Part shown: positions 49,701 to 62,689 of the stretch, one piece after another
Layout of the letters: each line of letters opens with the position of its first letter
Numbering within the stretch: position 1 is the stretch's first letter
NCBI GenBank assembly: GCA_964016885.1
Contig: OZ024740.1
Coordinates: 434,620,001 to 434,684,000, forward strand
Length of the DNA: 64,000 bases
Direction: 5' to 3'
Source: Eledone cirrhosa
Lineage: Eukaryota
The notes under the pieces: generated by a model
Seen by the model: only the letters and a program-made list of their open reading frames with translations
What the model was told of the DNA's origin: nothing
Database searches by the model: none
Made by a program: the position numbers and the translations under genes

Positions 49701-52700
49701 GTGACATAACAGACACCCAGTCCACTCTGTAAGGTGGTAGTGCTGGTGACATAACAGACACCCAGTCCACTCTGTAAGGTGGTTGTGGTGGTGACATAAC
49801 AGACACCCAGTCCACTCTGTAAGGTAGTAGTGACATAACAGACACCCAGTCCACTCTGTAAGGTAGTAGTGACATAACAGAGACCCAGTCCACTCTGTAA
49901 GGTAGTAGTGACATAACAGACACCCAGTCCACTCTGTAAGGTAGTAGTGACATAACAGACACCCAGTCCACTCTGTAAGCTAGTAGTGACATAACAGACA
50001 CCCAGTCCACTCTGTAAGGTGGTAGTGGTGGTGACATAAGACACCCAGTCCACTCTGTAAGGTAGTAGTGCTGGTGACATAACAGACACCCAGTCCACTC
50101 TGTAAGGTGGTAGTGCTGGTGACATAACAGACACCCAGTCCACTCTGTAAGGTAGTAGTGCTGGTGACATAACTGACACCCAGTCCACTCTGTAAGGTAG
50201 TAGTGCTGGTGACATAACAGACACCCAGTCCACTCTGTAAGGTGGTAGTTCTGGTGACATAATAGACACCCAGTCCACTCTGTAAGGTGGTAGTGCTGGT
50301 GACATAACAGACACCCAGTCCACTCTGTAAGGTGGTTGTGGTGGTGACATAACAGACACCCAGTCCACTCTGTAAGGTAGTAGTGACATAACAGACACCC
50401 AGTCCACTCTGTAAGGTAGTAGTGACATAACAGACACCCAGTCCACTCTGTAAGGTGGTAGTGGTGGTGACATAAGACACCCAGTCCACTCTGTAAGGTG
50501 GTAGTGACATAACAAAGACACCCAGTTAACTCTGTAAAGTGGTAGTGGTGGTGACATCACAGACACCCAGTCCACTCTGTAAGGTGGTAGTGCTGGTGAC
50601 ATAACAGACACCCGGTCCACTCTGTAAGGTGGTAGTGCTGGTGACATAACAGACACCCAGTCCACTCTGTAAGGTGGTAGTGCTGGTGACATAACAAAGA
50701 CACCCAGTCCACTCTGTAAGGTCGTAGTGCTGGTGACATAACAGACACCCAGTCCACTCTGTAAGGTGGTAGTGCTGGTGACATAATAGACACCCAGTCC
50801 ACTCTGTAAGGTGGTAGTGGTGGTGACATAACAGACACCCAGTCCACTCTGTAAGGTGGTAGTGGTGGTGACATAACAAAGACACCCAGTCCACTCTGTA
50901 AGGTGGTAGTGCTGGTGACATAACAGACACCCAGTCCACTCTGTAAGGTTTGTAATGCTGGCGACATAACAGACACCCAGTTCACTCTGTAAGGTGGTAG
51001 TGGTGGTGACATAACAGACACCCAGTCCACTCTGTAAGGTGGTAGTGCTGGTGACATAACAAAGACACCCAGTCCACTCTGTAAGATGGTAGTGCTGGTG
51101 ACATAACAGAGACCCAGTCCACTCTGTAAGGTGGTAGTGCTGGTGACATAACAGACACCCAGTCCACTCTGTAAGGTGGTAGTGCTGGTGACATAACAGA
51201 CACCCAGTCCACTCTGTAAGGTGGTAGTGGTGGTGACATAACAGACACCCAGTGCACTCTGTAAGGTGGTAGTGCTGGTGACATAACAGACACACAGTCC
51301 ACTCTGTAAGGTGGCAGTGGTGGTGACATAACAGACACCCAGTGCACTCTGTAAGGTGGTAGTGCTGGTGACATAACTGACACCCAGTCCACTCTGTAAG
51401 GTGGTAGTGCTGGTGACATAACAGACACCCAGTCCACTCTGTAAGGTGGTAGTGGTGGTGACATAAGACACCCAGTCCACTCGGTAAGGTGGTTGTGGTG
51501 GTGACATAACAGACACCCAGTCCACTCTGTAAGGTGGTAGTGCTGGTGACATAACAGACACCCGGTCCACTCTGTAAGGTGGTAGTGGTGGTGACATAAC
51601 AGACACCCAGTCCACTCTGTAAGGTGGTAGTGCTGGTGACATAACAAAGACACCCAGTCCACTCTGTAAGGTGGTAGTGCTGGTGACATAACAGACACCC
51701 AGTCCACTCTGTAAGGTGGTAGTGCTGGTGACATAACAAAGACACCCAGTCCACTCTGTAAGGTGGTAGTGGTGGTGACATAAGACACCAGTCCACTCTG
51801 TAAGGTTGTACTGCCGGTGACATAACAGACACCCAGTCCACTCTGTAAGGTGGTAGTGCTGGTGACATAACAAAGACACCCAGTCTACTCTGTAAGGTGG
51901 TAGTGCTGGTGACATAAGACACCCAGTCCACTCTGTAAGGTGGTAGTGCTGGTGACATAACAGACACCCAGTCCACTCTGTAAGGTGGTAGTGCTGGTGA
52001 CATAACAAAGACACCCAGTCTACTGTGTAAGGTGGTAATGCTGGTGACATAACAAAGACACACAGTCTACTATGTAAGGTGGTAGTGCTGGTGACATAAG
52101 ACACCCAGTCCACTCTGTAAGGTGGTAGTGCTGGTGACATAACAAAGACACCCAGTCCACTCTGTAAGGTGGTAGTGCTGGTGACATAACAGACACCCAG
52201 TCCACTCTGTAAGGTGGTAGTGCTGGTGACATAACAAAGACACCCAGTCCACTCTGTAAGGTGGTAGTGCTGGTGACATAACAGACACCCAGTCCACTCT
52301 GTAAGGTGGTAGTGCTGGTGACATAACAAAGACACCCAGTCCACTCTGTAAGGTGGTAGTGCTGGTGACATAACAAAGACACCCAGTCCACTCTGTAAGG
52401 TGGTAGTGCTGGTGACATAACTGACACCCAGTCCACTCTGTAAGGTGGTAGTGCTGGTGACATAACAGACACCCAGTCCACTCTGTAAGGTGGTAGTGCT
52501 GGTGACATAACAAAGACACCCAGTCCACTCTGTAAGGTGGTAGTGCTGGTGACATAACAAAGACACCCAGTCCACTCTGTAAGGTGGTAGTGCTGGTGAC
52601 ATAACTGACACCCAGTCCACTCTGTAAGGTGGTAGTGCTGGTGACATAACTGACACCCAGTCCACTCTGTAAGGTGGTAGTGCTGGTGACATAAGACACC

Positions 52701-55700
52701 CAGTCCACTCTGTAAGGTGGTAGTGCTGGTGACATAACAGACACCCAGTCCACTCTGTAAGGTGGTAGTGCTGGTGACATAACTGACACCCAGTCCACTC
52801 TGTAAGGTGGTAGTGGTTGTGACATAAGACACCCAGTCCACTCTGTAAGGTGGTTGTGGTGGTGACATAACAAAGACACCCAGTCCACTCTGTAAGGTGG
52901 TAGTGGTGGTGACATAAGACACCCAGTCCACTCTGTAAGGTGGTAGTGCTGGTGACATAAGACACCCAGTCCACTCTGTAAGGTGGTAGTGCTGGTGACA
53001 TAACAGACACCCAGTCCACTCTGTAAGGTGGTAGTGGTGGTGACATAACAGACACCCAGTCCACTCTGTAAGGTGGTAGTGCTGGTGACATAACAGACAC
53101 CCAGTCCACTCTGTAAGGTGGTTGTGGTGGTGACATAACAAAGACACCCAGTGCACTCTGTAAGGGGGTTGTGGTGGTGACATAACAAAGACACCCAGTC
53201 CACTCTGTAAGGTGGTAGTGACATAACAGACACCCAGTCCACTCTGTAAGGTGGTTGTGGTGGTGACATAACAGACACCCAGTCCACTCTGTAAGGTGGT
53301 TGTGGTGGTGACATAACAAAGACACCCAGTCCACTCTGTAAGGTGGTTGTGGTGGTGACATAACAAAGACACCCAGTCCACTCTGTAAGGTAGTAGTGAC
53401 ATAAGACACCCAGTCCACTCTGTAAGGTAGTAGTGACATAAGACACCCAGTCCACTCTGTAAGGTAGTAGTGACATAACAGACACCCAGTCCACTCTGTA
53501 AGGTGGTTGTGGTGGTGACATAACAGACACCCAGTCCACTCTGTAAGGTAGTAGTGACATAACAGACACCCAGTCCACTCTGTAAGGTGGTTGTGGTGGT
53601 GACATAACTGACACCCAGTCCACTCTGTAAGGTAGTAGTGACATAACAGACACCCAGTCCACTCTGTAAGGTAGTAGTGACATAACAGACACCCAGTCCA
53701 CTCTGTAAGGTGGTAGTGCTGGTGACATAACAGACACCCAGTCCACTCTGTAAGGTGGTTGTGGTGGTGACATAACAGACACCCAGTCCACTCTGTAAGG
53801 TAGTAGTGACATAACAGACACCCAGTCCACTCTGTAAGGTAGTAGTGACATAACAGAGACCCAGTCCACTCTGTAAGGTAGTAGTGACATAACAGACACC
53901 CAGTCCACTCTGTAAGGTAGTAGTGCTGGTGACATAACAGACACCCAGTCCACTCTGTAAGGTGGTAGTGCTGGTGACATAACAGACACCCAGTCCACTC
54001 TGTAAGGTAGTAGTGCTGGTGACATAACTGACACCCAGTCCACTCTGTAAGGTAGTAGTGCTGGTGACATAACAGACACCCAGTCCACTCTGTAAGGTGG
54101 TAGTGCTGGTGACATAATAGACACCCAGTCCACTCTGTAAGGTGGTAGTGCTGGTGACATAACAGACACCCAGTCCACTCTGTAAGGTGGTTGTGGTGGT
54201 GACATAACAGACACCCAGTCCACTCTGTAAGGTAGTAGTGACATAACAGACACCCAGTCCACTCTGTAAGGTAGTAGTGACATAACAGACACCCAGTCCA
54301 CTCTGTAAGGTGGTAGTGGTGGTGACATAAGACACCCAGTCCACTCTGTAAGGTGGTAGTGGTGGTGACATAACAAAGACACCCAGTTAACTCTGTAAGG
54401 TGGTAGTGGTGGTGACATCACAGACACCCAGTCCACTCTGTAAGGTGGTAGTGCTGGTGACATAACAGACACCCGGTCCACTCTGTAAGGTGGTAGTGCT
54501 GGTGACATAACAGACACCCAGTCCACTCTGTAAGGTCGTAGTGCTGGTGACATAACAGACACCCAGTCCACTCTGTAAGGTGGTAGTGCTGGTGACATAA
54601 TAGACACCCAGTCCACTCTGTAAGGTGGTAGTGGTGGTGACATAACAGACACCCAGTCCACTCTGTAAGGTGGTAGTGGTGGTGACATAACAAAGACACC
54701 CAGTCCACTCTGTAAGGTGGTAGTGCTGGTGACATAACAGACACCCAGTCCACTCTGTAAGGTTTGTAGTGCTGGTGACATAACAGACACCCAGTCCACT
54801 CTGTAAGGTGGTAGTGGTGGTGACATAACAGACACCCAGTCCACTCTGTAAGGTGGTAGTGCTGGTGACATAACAAAGACACCCAGTCCACTCTGTAAGA
54901 TGGTAGTGCTGGTGACATAACAGAGACCCAGTCCACTCTGTAAGGTGGTAGTGCTGGTGACATAACAGACACCCAGTCCACTCTGTAAGGTGGTAGTGCT
55001 GGTGACATAACAGACACCCAGTCCACTCTGTAAGGTGGTAGTGGTGGTGACATAACAGACACCCAGTGCACTCTGTAAGGTGGTAGTGCTGGTGACATAA
55101 CAGACACACAGTCCACTCTGTAAGGTGGCAGTGGTGGTGACATAACAGACACCCAGTGCACTCTGTAAGGTGGTAGTGCTGGTGACATAACTGACACCCA
55201 GTCCACTCTGTAAGGTGGTAGTGCTGGTGACATAACAGACACCCAGTCCACTCTGTAAGGTGGTAGTGGTGGTGACATAAGACACCCAGTCCACTCTGTA
55301 AGGTGGTTGTGGTGGTGACATAACAGACACCCATTCCACTCTGTAAGGTGGTAGTGCTGGTGACATAACAGACACCCGGTCCACTCTGTAAGGTGGTAGT
55401 GGTGGTGACATAACAGACACCCAGTCCACTCTGTAAGGTGGTAGTGCTGGTGACATAACAAAGACACCCAGTCCACTCTGTAAGGTGGTAGTGCTGGTGA
55501 CATAACAGACACCCAGTCCACTCTGTAAGGTGGTAGTGCTGGTGACATAACAAAGACACCCAGTCCACTCTGTAAGGTGGTAGTGGTGGTGACATAACAG
55601 ACACCAGTCCACTCTGTAAGGTTGTACTGCCGGTGACATAACAGACACCCAGTCCACTCTGTAAGGTGGTAGTGCTGGTGACATAACAAAGACACCCAGT

Positions 55701-56551
55701 CTACTCTGTAAGGTGGTAGTGCTGGTGACATAAGACACCCAGTCCACTCTGTAAGGTGGTAGTGCTGGTGACATAACAGACACCCAGTCCACTCTGTAAG
55801 GTGGTAGTGCTGGTGACATAACAAAGACACCCAGTCTACTGTGTAAGGTGGTAATGCTGGTGACATAACAAAGACACACAGTCTACTATGTAAGGTGGTA
55901 GTGCTGGTGACATAAGACACCCAGTCCACTCTGTAAGGTGGTAGTGCTGGTGACATAACAAAGACACCCAGTCCACTCTGTAAGGTGGTAGTGCTGGTGA
56001 CATAACAGACACCCAGTCCACTCTGTAAGGTGGTAGTGCTGGTGACATAACAAAGACACCCAGTCCACTCTGTAAGGTGGTAGTGCTGGTGACATAACAG
56101 ACACCCAGTCCACTCTGTAAGGTGGTAGTGCTGGTGACATAACAAAGACACCCAGTCCACTCTGTAAGGTGGTAGTGCTGGTGACATAACAAAGACACCC
56201 AGTCCACTCTGTAAGGTGGTAGTGCTGGTGACATAACTGACACCCAGTCCACTCTGTAAGGTGGTAGTGCTGGTGACATAACAGACACCCAGTCCACTCT
56301 GTAAGGTGGTAGTGCTGGTGACATAACAAAGACACCCAGTCCACTCTGTAAGGTGGTAGTGCTGGTGACATAACAAAGACACCCAGTCCACTCTGTAAGG
56401 TGGTAGTGCTGGTGACATAACTGACACCCAGTCCACTCTGTAAGGTGGTAGTGCTGGTGACATAACTGACACCCAGTCCACTCTGTAAGGTGGTAGTGCT
56501 GGTGACATAAGACACCCAGTCCACTCTGTAAGGTGGTAGTGCTGGTGACAT
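19725..56551. repeat. Giant modular satellite, ~36.8 kb, 37-47-bp units: GACACCCAGTCCACTCTGTAAGG + variable (TGG/TAG)n module + GACATAA + 0-4-nt linker
   Basis: Continuous head-to-tail array with a 23-bp near-invariant core; kb-scale higher-order duplications are marked by rare variants. Confidence 0.99.
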
Positions 56552-56715
56552 GATGACAATCACCCAGCCATAGAAAACCAAGTGAAAAGTTGAGTGTATA
56601 AGAGATCAACTGACCTATCTGACGCCATGACTTGACAGCACTCAATATTTCATTCGAGTGTGGAATATTGAGAGGATATCTTTGAGTGGGTTTAATCCTG
56701 CTCCAATATCTTTTG

Positions 56716-59700
56716 GATGTATTACACTGCTCCATGGTGACTGAAATACTAATAGCTACATAGATAATGTGTTACAGTGCTCCATGGTGTCTGAAATACT
56801 AACAGCTACATAGATGATGTATTACACTGCTCCATGGTGACTGAAATACTAATAGCTACATAGATAATGTGTTACAGTGCTCCATGGTGACTGAAATACT
56901 AACAGCTACATAGATAATGTGTTACAGTGCTCCATGGTGACTGAAATACTAATAGCTACATAGATGATGTATTACAGTGCTCCATGGTGACTGAAATACT
57001 AATAGCTACATAGATGATGTATTACACTGCTCCATGGTGACTGAAATACTAACAGCTACATAGATGATGTATTACAGTGCTCCATGGTGACTGAAATACT
57101 AATAGCTACATAGATGATGTATTACACTGCTCCATGGTGACTGAAATACTAACAGCTACATAGATGATGTATTACAGTGCTCCATGGTGACTGAAATACT
57201 AATAGCTACATAGATGATGTATTACACTGCTCCATGGTGACTGAAATACTAACAGCTACATAGATGATGTATTACAGTGCTCCATGGTGTCTGAAATACT
57301 AATAGCTACATAGATGATGTATTACAGTGCTCCATGGTGACTGAAATACTAATAGCTACATAGATGATGTATTACAGTGCTCCATGGTGACTGAAATACT
57401 AATAGCTACATAGATAATGTATTACAGTGCTCCATGGTGGCTGAAATACTAACAGCTACATAGATGATGTATTACAGTGCTCCATGGTGGCTGAAATACT
57501 AATAGCTACATAGATGATGTATTACACTGCTCCATGGTGACTGAAATACTAACAGCTACATAGATGATGTATTACAGTGCTCCATGGTGACTGAAATACT
57601 AACAGCTACATAGATGATGTATTACATTGCTCCATGGTGACTGAAATACTAACAGCTACATAGATGATGTATTACAGTGCTCCATGGTGTCTGAAATACT
57701 AATAGCTACATAGATGATGTATTACAGTGCTCCATGGTGACTGAAATACTAATAGCTACATAGATGATGTATTACAGTGCTCCATGGTGACTGAAATACT
57801 AATAGCTACATAGATGATGTATTACAGTGCTCCATGGTGCCTGAAATACTAATAGCTACATAGATGATGTATTACAGTGCTCCATGGTGCCTGAAATACT
57901 AATAGCTACATAGATGATGTATTACAGTGCTCCATGGTGCCTGAAATACTAATAGCTACATAGATGATGTATTACAGTGCTCCATGGTGCCTGAAATACT
58001 AATAGCTACATAGATGATGTATTACAGTGCTCCATGGTGACTGAAATACTAACAGCTACATAGATGATGTGTTACAGTGCTCCATGGTGACTGAAATACT
58101 AACAGCTACATAGATGATGTATTACAGTGCTCCATGGTGCCTGAAATACTAACAGCTACATAGATGATGTGTTACAGTGCTCCATGGTGACTGAAATACT
58201 AACAGCTACATAGATGATGTATTACAGTGCTCCATGGTGCCTGAAATACTAACAGCTACATAGATGATGTGTTACAGTGCTCCATGGTGACTGAAATACT
58301 AACAGCTACATAGATGATGTATTACAGTGCTCCATGGTGCCTGAAATACTAATAGCTACATAGATAATGTATTACAGTGCTCCATGGTGGCTGAAATACT
58401 AATAGCTACATAGATGATGTATTACAGTGCTCCATGGTGACTGAAATACTAACAGCTACATAGATGATGTATTACAGTGCTCCATGGTGACTGAAATACT
58501 AACAGCTACACAGATGATGTATTACAGTGCTCCATGGTGACTGAAATACTAACAGCTACATAGATGATGTATTACAGTGCTCCATGGTGTCTGAAATACT
58601 AATAGCTACATAGATGATGTATTACAGTGCTCCATGGTGACTGAAATACTAATAGCTACATAGATGATGTATTACAGTGCTCCATGGTGACTGAAATACT
58701 AATAGCTACATAGATAATGTGTTACACTGCTCCATGGTGACTGAAATACTAACAGCTACACAGATGATGTATTACAGTGCTCCATGGTGACTGAAATACT
58801 AATAGCTACATAGATGATGTATTACAGTGCTCCATGGTGTCTGAAATACTAATAGCTACATAGATGATGTATTACAGTGCTCCATGGTGACTGAAATACT
58901 AATAGCTACATAGATGATGTATTACAGTGCTCCATGGTGACTGAAATACTAATAGCTACATAGATGATGTATTACAGTGCTCCATGGTGACTGAAATACT
59001 AACAGCTACATAGATGATGTATTACAGTGCTCCATGGTGACTGAAATACTAATAGCTACATAGATGATGTATTACAGTGCTCCATGGTGACTGAAATACT
59101 AATAGCTACATAGATGATGTATTACAGTGCTCCATGGTGACTGAAATACTAACAGCTACATAGATAATGTATTACAGTGCTCCATGGTGACTGAAATACT
59201 AATAGCTACATAGATGATGTATTACAGTGCTCCATGGTGACTGAAATACTAATAGCTACATAGATGATGTATTACAGTGCTCCATGGTGCCTGAAATACT
59301 AATAGCTACATAGATGATGTATTACAGTGCTCCATGGTGCCTGAAATACTAATAGCTACATAGATGATGTATTACAGTGCTCCATGGTGACTGAAATACT
59401 AATAGCTACATAGATGATGTATTACAGTGCTCCATGGTGCCTGAAATACTAATAGCTACATAGATGATGTATTACAGTGCTCCATGGTGCCTGAAATACT
59501 AATAGCTACATAGATGATGTATTACAGTGCTCCATGGTGACTGAAATACTAATAGCTACATAGATGATGTATTACAGTGCTCCATGGTGCCTGAAATACT
59601 AATAGCTACATAGATGATGTATTACAGTGCTCCATGGTGCCTGAAATACTAATAGCTACATAGATGATGTATTACAGTGCTCCATGGTGACTGAAATACT

Positions 59701-61166
59701 AATAGCTACATAGATGATGTATTACAGTGCTCCATGGTGCCTGAAATACTAATAGCTACATAGAAGATGTATTACAGTGCTCCATGGTGCCTGAAATACT
59801 AATAGCTACATAGATGATGTATTACAGTGCTCCATGGTGACTGAAATACTAATAGCTACATAGATGATGTATTACAGTGCTCCATGGTGCCTGAAATACT
59901 AATAGCTACATAGATGATGTATTACAGTGCTCCATGGTGCCTGAAATACTAATAGCTACATAGATGATGTATTACAGTGCTCCATGGTGACTGAAATACT
60001 AACAGCTACATAGATGATGTGTTACAGTGCTCCATGGTGACTGAAATACTAACAGCTACATAGATGATGTATTACAGTGCTCCATGGTGCCTGAAATACT
60101 AACAGCTACATAGATGATGTGTTACAGTGCTCCATGGTGACTGAAATACTAACAGCTACATAGATGATGTATTACAGTGCTCCATGGTGCCTGAAATACT
60201 AATAGCTACATAGATAATGTATTACAGTGCTCCATGGTGACTGAAATACTAACAGCTACACAGATGATGTATTACAGTGCTCCATGGTGCCTGAAATACT
60301 AACAGCTACATAGATGATGTATTACAGTGCTCCATGGTGACTGAAATACTAATAGCTACATAGATGATGTATTACAGTGCTCCATGGTGACTGAAATACT
60401 AATAGCTACATAGATGATGTATTACAGTGCTCCATGGTGTCTGAAATACTAATAGCTACATAGATAATGTATTACAGTGCTCCATGGTGACTGAAATACT
60501 AATAGCTACATAGATAATGTATTACAGTGCTCCATGGTGACTGAAATACTAACAGCTACATAGATAATGTATTACAGTGCTCCATGGTGGCTGAAATACT
60601 AATAGCTACATAGATAATTTATTACAGTGCTCCATGGTGGCTGAAATACTAATAGCTACATAGATGATGTATTACAGTGCTCCATGGTGGCTGAAATACT
60701 AACAGCTACATAGATGATGTATTACAGTGCTCCATGGTGACTGAAATACTAATAGCTACATAGATGATGTGTTACAGTGCTCCATGGTGGCTGAAATACT
60801 AATAGCTACATAGATGATGTATTACAGTGCTCCATGGTGGCTGAAATACTAACAGCTACATAGATGATGTATTACAGTGCTCCATGGTGACTGAAATACT
60901 AACAGCTACATAGATGATGTATTACATTGCTCCATGGTGGCTGAAATACTAACAGCTACATAGATGATGTATTACAGTGCTCCATGGTGGCTGAAATACT
61001 AACAGCTACATAGATGATGTATTACAGTGCTCCATGGTGGCTGAAATACTAACAGCTACATAGATAATGTATTACAGTGCTCCATGGTGGCTGAAATACT
61101 AATAGCTACATAGATAATGTATTACAGTGCTCCATGGTGGCTGAAATACTAATAGCTACATAGATG
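56716..61166. repeat. 50-bp satellite, ~4.4 kb (~89 copies)
   Basis: Unit GTATTACAGTGCTCCATGGTGACTGAAATACTAATAGCTACATAGATGAT with strict 50-bp period and substitutions only. Confidence 0.99.
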
Positions 61167-61284
61167 GGGTTCAATTCTGCTACTAACACCTGCTTTCTTT
61201 GATATCACTCCTCTGCTCTTTGTAGTCTGAATTTAAATAGTTAGTGTGGGATAATCTGTTGGTATTGCAATGTGGGATAACCCA

Positions 61285-61405
61285 ACAAAATGCACTCGGC
61301 CCACCCTGAAAGGTGGTTAGTGTTATGGAGGGCATCCAGCTGTAGAAACCATGCCATATATGGGATGTATGAGCAGGTTGAAAACATGTAAAACCAATAA
61401 TGATG
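61285..61405 (+). mobile_element. Degenerate SINE/RTE 3' tail fragment
   Basis: caaaatgcactcggcccaccctgaaaggtggttagtgttatggagggcatccagctgtagaaacc. Confidence 0.65.
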
Positions 61406-61655
61406 CTAGCTGTAGCATTACATGAGACCCCTTGCAAGCCATTATAACAAAATTGTGATTGTAGCTATAAGCAGTGTTTAATATATTTTAAACTGGAGAC
61501 TTTGTGGCTGAGGAAGTTAACTAGGTGTAGGACATACATTATTAGCTTCACAGCAGATAGTGGTAATTGTATAAGAGATGTAAAGGATGCAGTTATTTAT
61601 CAGAGAAAAACCTCTCAATATGTATTTTAAAATGATTTCTATCTTTGTATTATAG

Positions 61656-61726
61656 TGCTGTTATAATGGATAAAGTAACTGACCTGATACTGTTGTTGAG
61701 CAAACTTATGATAACTGCAGTAGTTG
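61656..61726 (+). CDS. SLC44A: CTL/SLC44A exon J (after 42.4-kb intron)
   Basis: tatag|T GCT...GTT G|gtaagt; (N)AVIMDKVTDLILLLSKLMITAVV(G) matches the hallmark 'DKVTDLLLFxGKL'; phase matches exon I. Confidence 0.93.
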
Positions 61727-62125
61727 GTAAGTAGCTCATTTTATATTTAGAGAGGAAATTAATAGTAAACTGTGAATTAAAAATGTTTTCTCTTATTGGC
61801 CCTGATGGTTGACAGTTGATGGGCGAGATAGAAAATAACAGGGATTTACATTGTGTACTTAGGAAAATTAAAACATCTACAGCTAACAATAGAGCAAGAA
61901 GAAATGTAAAGTGGTTGTGTAGGTGTCACAATAAAAAATACCCAGAGTTTAACATGTAGCTCTACATTAGTCCTTCATTGAGAGTCTCTGTCGTGTAAAG
62001 TTTAACATGTAGCTCTACATTAGTCTTTTGGAGCAAAGCAGTCAGTTGATTCTCATTGTTGACTAGAGTTTCCTCAAAAATATTAGCACTCTTCCCTTCC
62101 TCTCACCAGCTAAATATCCCAACTG

Positions 62126-62689
62126 TTAGAGGGCTGAGAGTGTTTGGTATATTCCAGATACTAGAGGACTGAGAGTGTCTGGTATATTCCAGATACTAGA
62201 GGACTGAGAGTGTTTGGTATATTCCAGATACTAGAGGACTGAGAGTGTTTGGTATATTCCAGATACTAGAGGACTGAGAGTGTCTGGTATATTCCAGATA
62301 CTAGAGGACTGAGAGTGTCTGGTATATTCCAGATACTAGAGGACTGAGAGTGTCTGGTATATTCCAGATACTAGAGGACTGAGAGTGTTTGGTATATTCC
62401 AGATACTAGAGGACTGAGAGTGTCTGGTATATTCCAGATACTAGAGGACTGAGAGTGTTTGGTATATTCCAGATACTAGAGGACTGAGAGTGTCTGGTAT
62501 ATTCCAGATACTAGAGGACTGAGAGTGTCTGGTATATTCCAGATACTAGAGGGCTGAGAGTGTCTGGTATATTCCAGATACTAGAGGGCTGAGAGTGTCT
62601 GGTATATTCCAGATACTAGAGGACTGAGAGTGTCTGGTATATTCCAGATACCAGAGGACTGAGTATCTGGTATAATCCAGATACCAGAT
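62126..62689. repeat. 35-bp minisatellite (~16 copies)
   Basis: Unit ACTAGAGGACTGAGAGTGTCTGGTATATTCCAGAT with an internal TCTGG...CCAGA mini-hairpin. Confidence 0.97.

Noticed and set aside
19725-56551. CRISPR-like look (constant core plus variable spacer)
   Set aside because: The variable parts are a handful of related recurring variants rather than unique spacers; there are no cas genes and the context is eukaryotic.
19690-56735. Huge minus-strand ORFs (up to 3462 aa; YRVDWVS / TEWTGCL / LQSGLGV repeats)
   Set aside because: The unit lacks stops in all three minus frames. Unit lengths of 37-47 bp shift frame constantly, so every ORF is a mosaic of the same three peptides, and the region is an intron of a + strand gene.
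56716-61185. Hammerhead ribozyme or tRNA-like motif in the 50-bp satellite
   Set aside because: No CTGANGA...GAAA core with flanking stems on either strand; the GGTTCAATTC at the right edge is too weak on its own.
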